From: Callorhinchus milii
Taxonomy: Eukaryota
Assembly (NCBI RefSeq): GCF_018977255.1
Contig: NW_024704742.1
Coordinates: 66,280,001-66,344,000 of the forward strand
Length of the DNA stretch: 64,000 bases
Direction: 5' to 3'
Shown: positions 62,461 through 64,000 of the stretch, in pieces
Layout: each line of letters opens with the position of its first letter
Numbering within the stretch: position 1 is the first letter of the stretch
The notes under the pieces: generated by a model
Database searches by the model: none
Told to the model about the DNA's origin: nothing
Seen by the model: only the letters and a program-made list of their open reading frames with translations
Translations under genes and position numbers: made by a program

Positions 62461-63229
62461 GTCAGTAAATAAATTTGGGATAGATGATGAGGTCTTGGGA
62501 CACCAAAAGTATTTTTGTGGCAATTTAATTCTAAAAATAGTGNTTTTTTTCAGCTGCGGATCTCATTATCAAGACATAGTGGATTGTAATTTTAGCAATG
62601 AATGTATGCTTTAGCATCCATTGTCTTAAAATATAGAATATGTATTGTAAGTGTTTTTTTCAGCTAAATGTATTTCAAAACTTCAAACTCAAGGCTTCTT
62701 CAGTTAAGAAATCCTTTACTGTTGCCAGTAACATTTTCCTAGGAAGGTGCACCAAAAAAAGTAGAAGCTGAAGGATATAACATTTTATATAAGGAATTTC
62801 TTTCCTGCAAGTAAGACATTCCTGTTAAGTTACTTTCACTGCATGCGAGCATGAGCCCTTGAATCAGTGTATCTGTGCTTCATGAGTTTTACACAATGAA
62901 ATATGCTTGAAATTAGTTTTATTTTTAACCTTGTGTAACTTATCCTTGCAATGGAAGGAGGAACATCTTGAAGATAATACTCGAGATCATGTTAAGCTCT
63001 GCTTTCTGAGAATTTCTCGAATATCTATCGCCATCTTTCAGATAACTAAACTGGTTGCTCTTTCAGCAAGAATGTAAAAACATAGGGGCACATGTTTATC
63101 AATAGGGGCTTCAAAACGATTGGAAAAGATTGTATTGTTAAAATATGCATTGAGATATTTCAATTCCATGCAATTAAGTGTCAGATACTTTAATTATATT
63201 TATATTTATAATACTATAATTATATATAT

Positions 63230-63420
63230 CCAGAAGGCTGTGGATTGAACATATTCAAGACTGAGATCGATAGATTTTTAAAAACTAAAGGGATTAAGGG
63301 ATATGGGGAAAGGGTGGGTAAATGGAATTAGGTTAGAAGATCAGCCATGATCTTATTAAATGGCGGGGCAGGCTCGAGGGGCCAAATGGCCTACTCCTCC
63401 TCCTATTTTGTGTGTTCTTA
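63230..63420 (+). mobile_element. CR1-clade LINE 3' end
   Basis: gatcagccatgatcttattaaatggcggggcaggctcgaggggccaaatggcctactcct..., the typical chondrichthyan CR1 3' UTR. Confidence 0.75.
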
Positions 63421-63501
63421 TAATTAGTATAGGCATGAGAAATCACAAGAAGCAATCATGTGTGAGATGGAACCTTTGTACTCTCATGGGGGTGGGAGGG
63501 A

Positions 63502-63895
63502 CCAGCCTGGCTCAGTTAGTAGCACTTTATGATTTAACCTCATATTGAGTCTTTGAGCTGATAGTTTCAGCTGACACTCTAGTGCAATGCTGGGGGTGCC
63601 GCTAGATCGTCAGAGCTACTGTCCTTCGGATGAGACATTAGATTCCATCTGCCTGTTCCTGTGAACAATAGAGATCCTGTGGCACTACTTAAAAAGAAAA
63701 GGGAGTTAGTTTCTCTTGGTATCCTGCCAAGAGTTCCCAAGATAAAATTGGTCATTCACTTCATGGATGTTAGTGGGACATTGCTGTACGCAAATTGGCT
63801 GCTGCATTTGCCTACACAATACAGTCACTGCACTCAATAGTAAACCCTGTGAAACGTACTGACATTTTGTCAATGTAACAATGTGCAAATGCAAA
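63502..63895 (+). mobile_element. Old Deu-domain (SacSINE1/AmnSINE1-like) SINE; other copies at ~22897-23400, 33795-34055 and 58687-58935 (+), and ~25793-25975, 29042-29260 and 46070-46375 (-)
   Basis: tRNA-like head, then gatgagacattaaac...tctgcctg...gatcccatggcactattt...tcctggccaa, a core resembling the Deu domain. Confidence 0.65.
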
Positions 63896-64000
63896 CCTTG
63901 TTATCATGAAATCTGCAGGATATCGGGGATACACCTATAATACTGTCATAAGAAAATATGAGAAAAGACCCTTTGGTTCATGAAATCCTCTCCTCCGACA

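Noticed and set aside
62554..63110. Candidate further CCDC142 exons (after the ambiguous base at 62543, and LFQQECKN near 63060)
   Set aside because: In-frame stop codons follow quickly, and there is no sustained similarity to the expected next segment.

Overview
Intron-rich vertebrate genomic DNA, most likely from a cartilaginous fish and possibly a chimaera. This is inferred from the repeat content: L2 and CR1 LINEs, Deu-type and tRNA-derived SINEs, and Penelope-type terminal repeats. Four genes lie on the + strand. (1) The last two coding exons of TMEM129 (2229-3384). (2) A nine-exon, 292-aa type I membrane receptor reconstructed by hand (11458-31056), with one VJ-type IgV domain resembling CD28H/TMIGD2 and three cytoplasmic YxN motifs. 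It sits between TMEM129 and SLBP, which are direct neighbours in human. (3) A complete eight-exon SLBP (35621-44413, 299 aa). (4) The 5' part of CCDC142 (CDS 52389 to beyond 62460). The most notable non-routine observations are: an ~91%-identical antisense copy of SLBP exon 4, with both splice sites, inside a DNA-transposon relic in SLBP intron 6; a decayed PAIP1 retrocopy in intron 1 of the Ig gene; minimal hammerhead-ribozyme motifs in Penelope-type repeats; and a young SINE subfamily with duplications at its 5' junctions. Exon boundaries come from GT/AG sites and phase continuity. Homology calls rest on my recollection of human proteins, not on database searches. Repeat boundaries are approximate.
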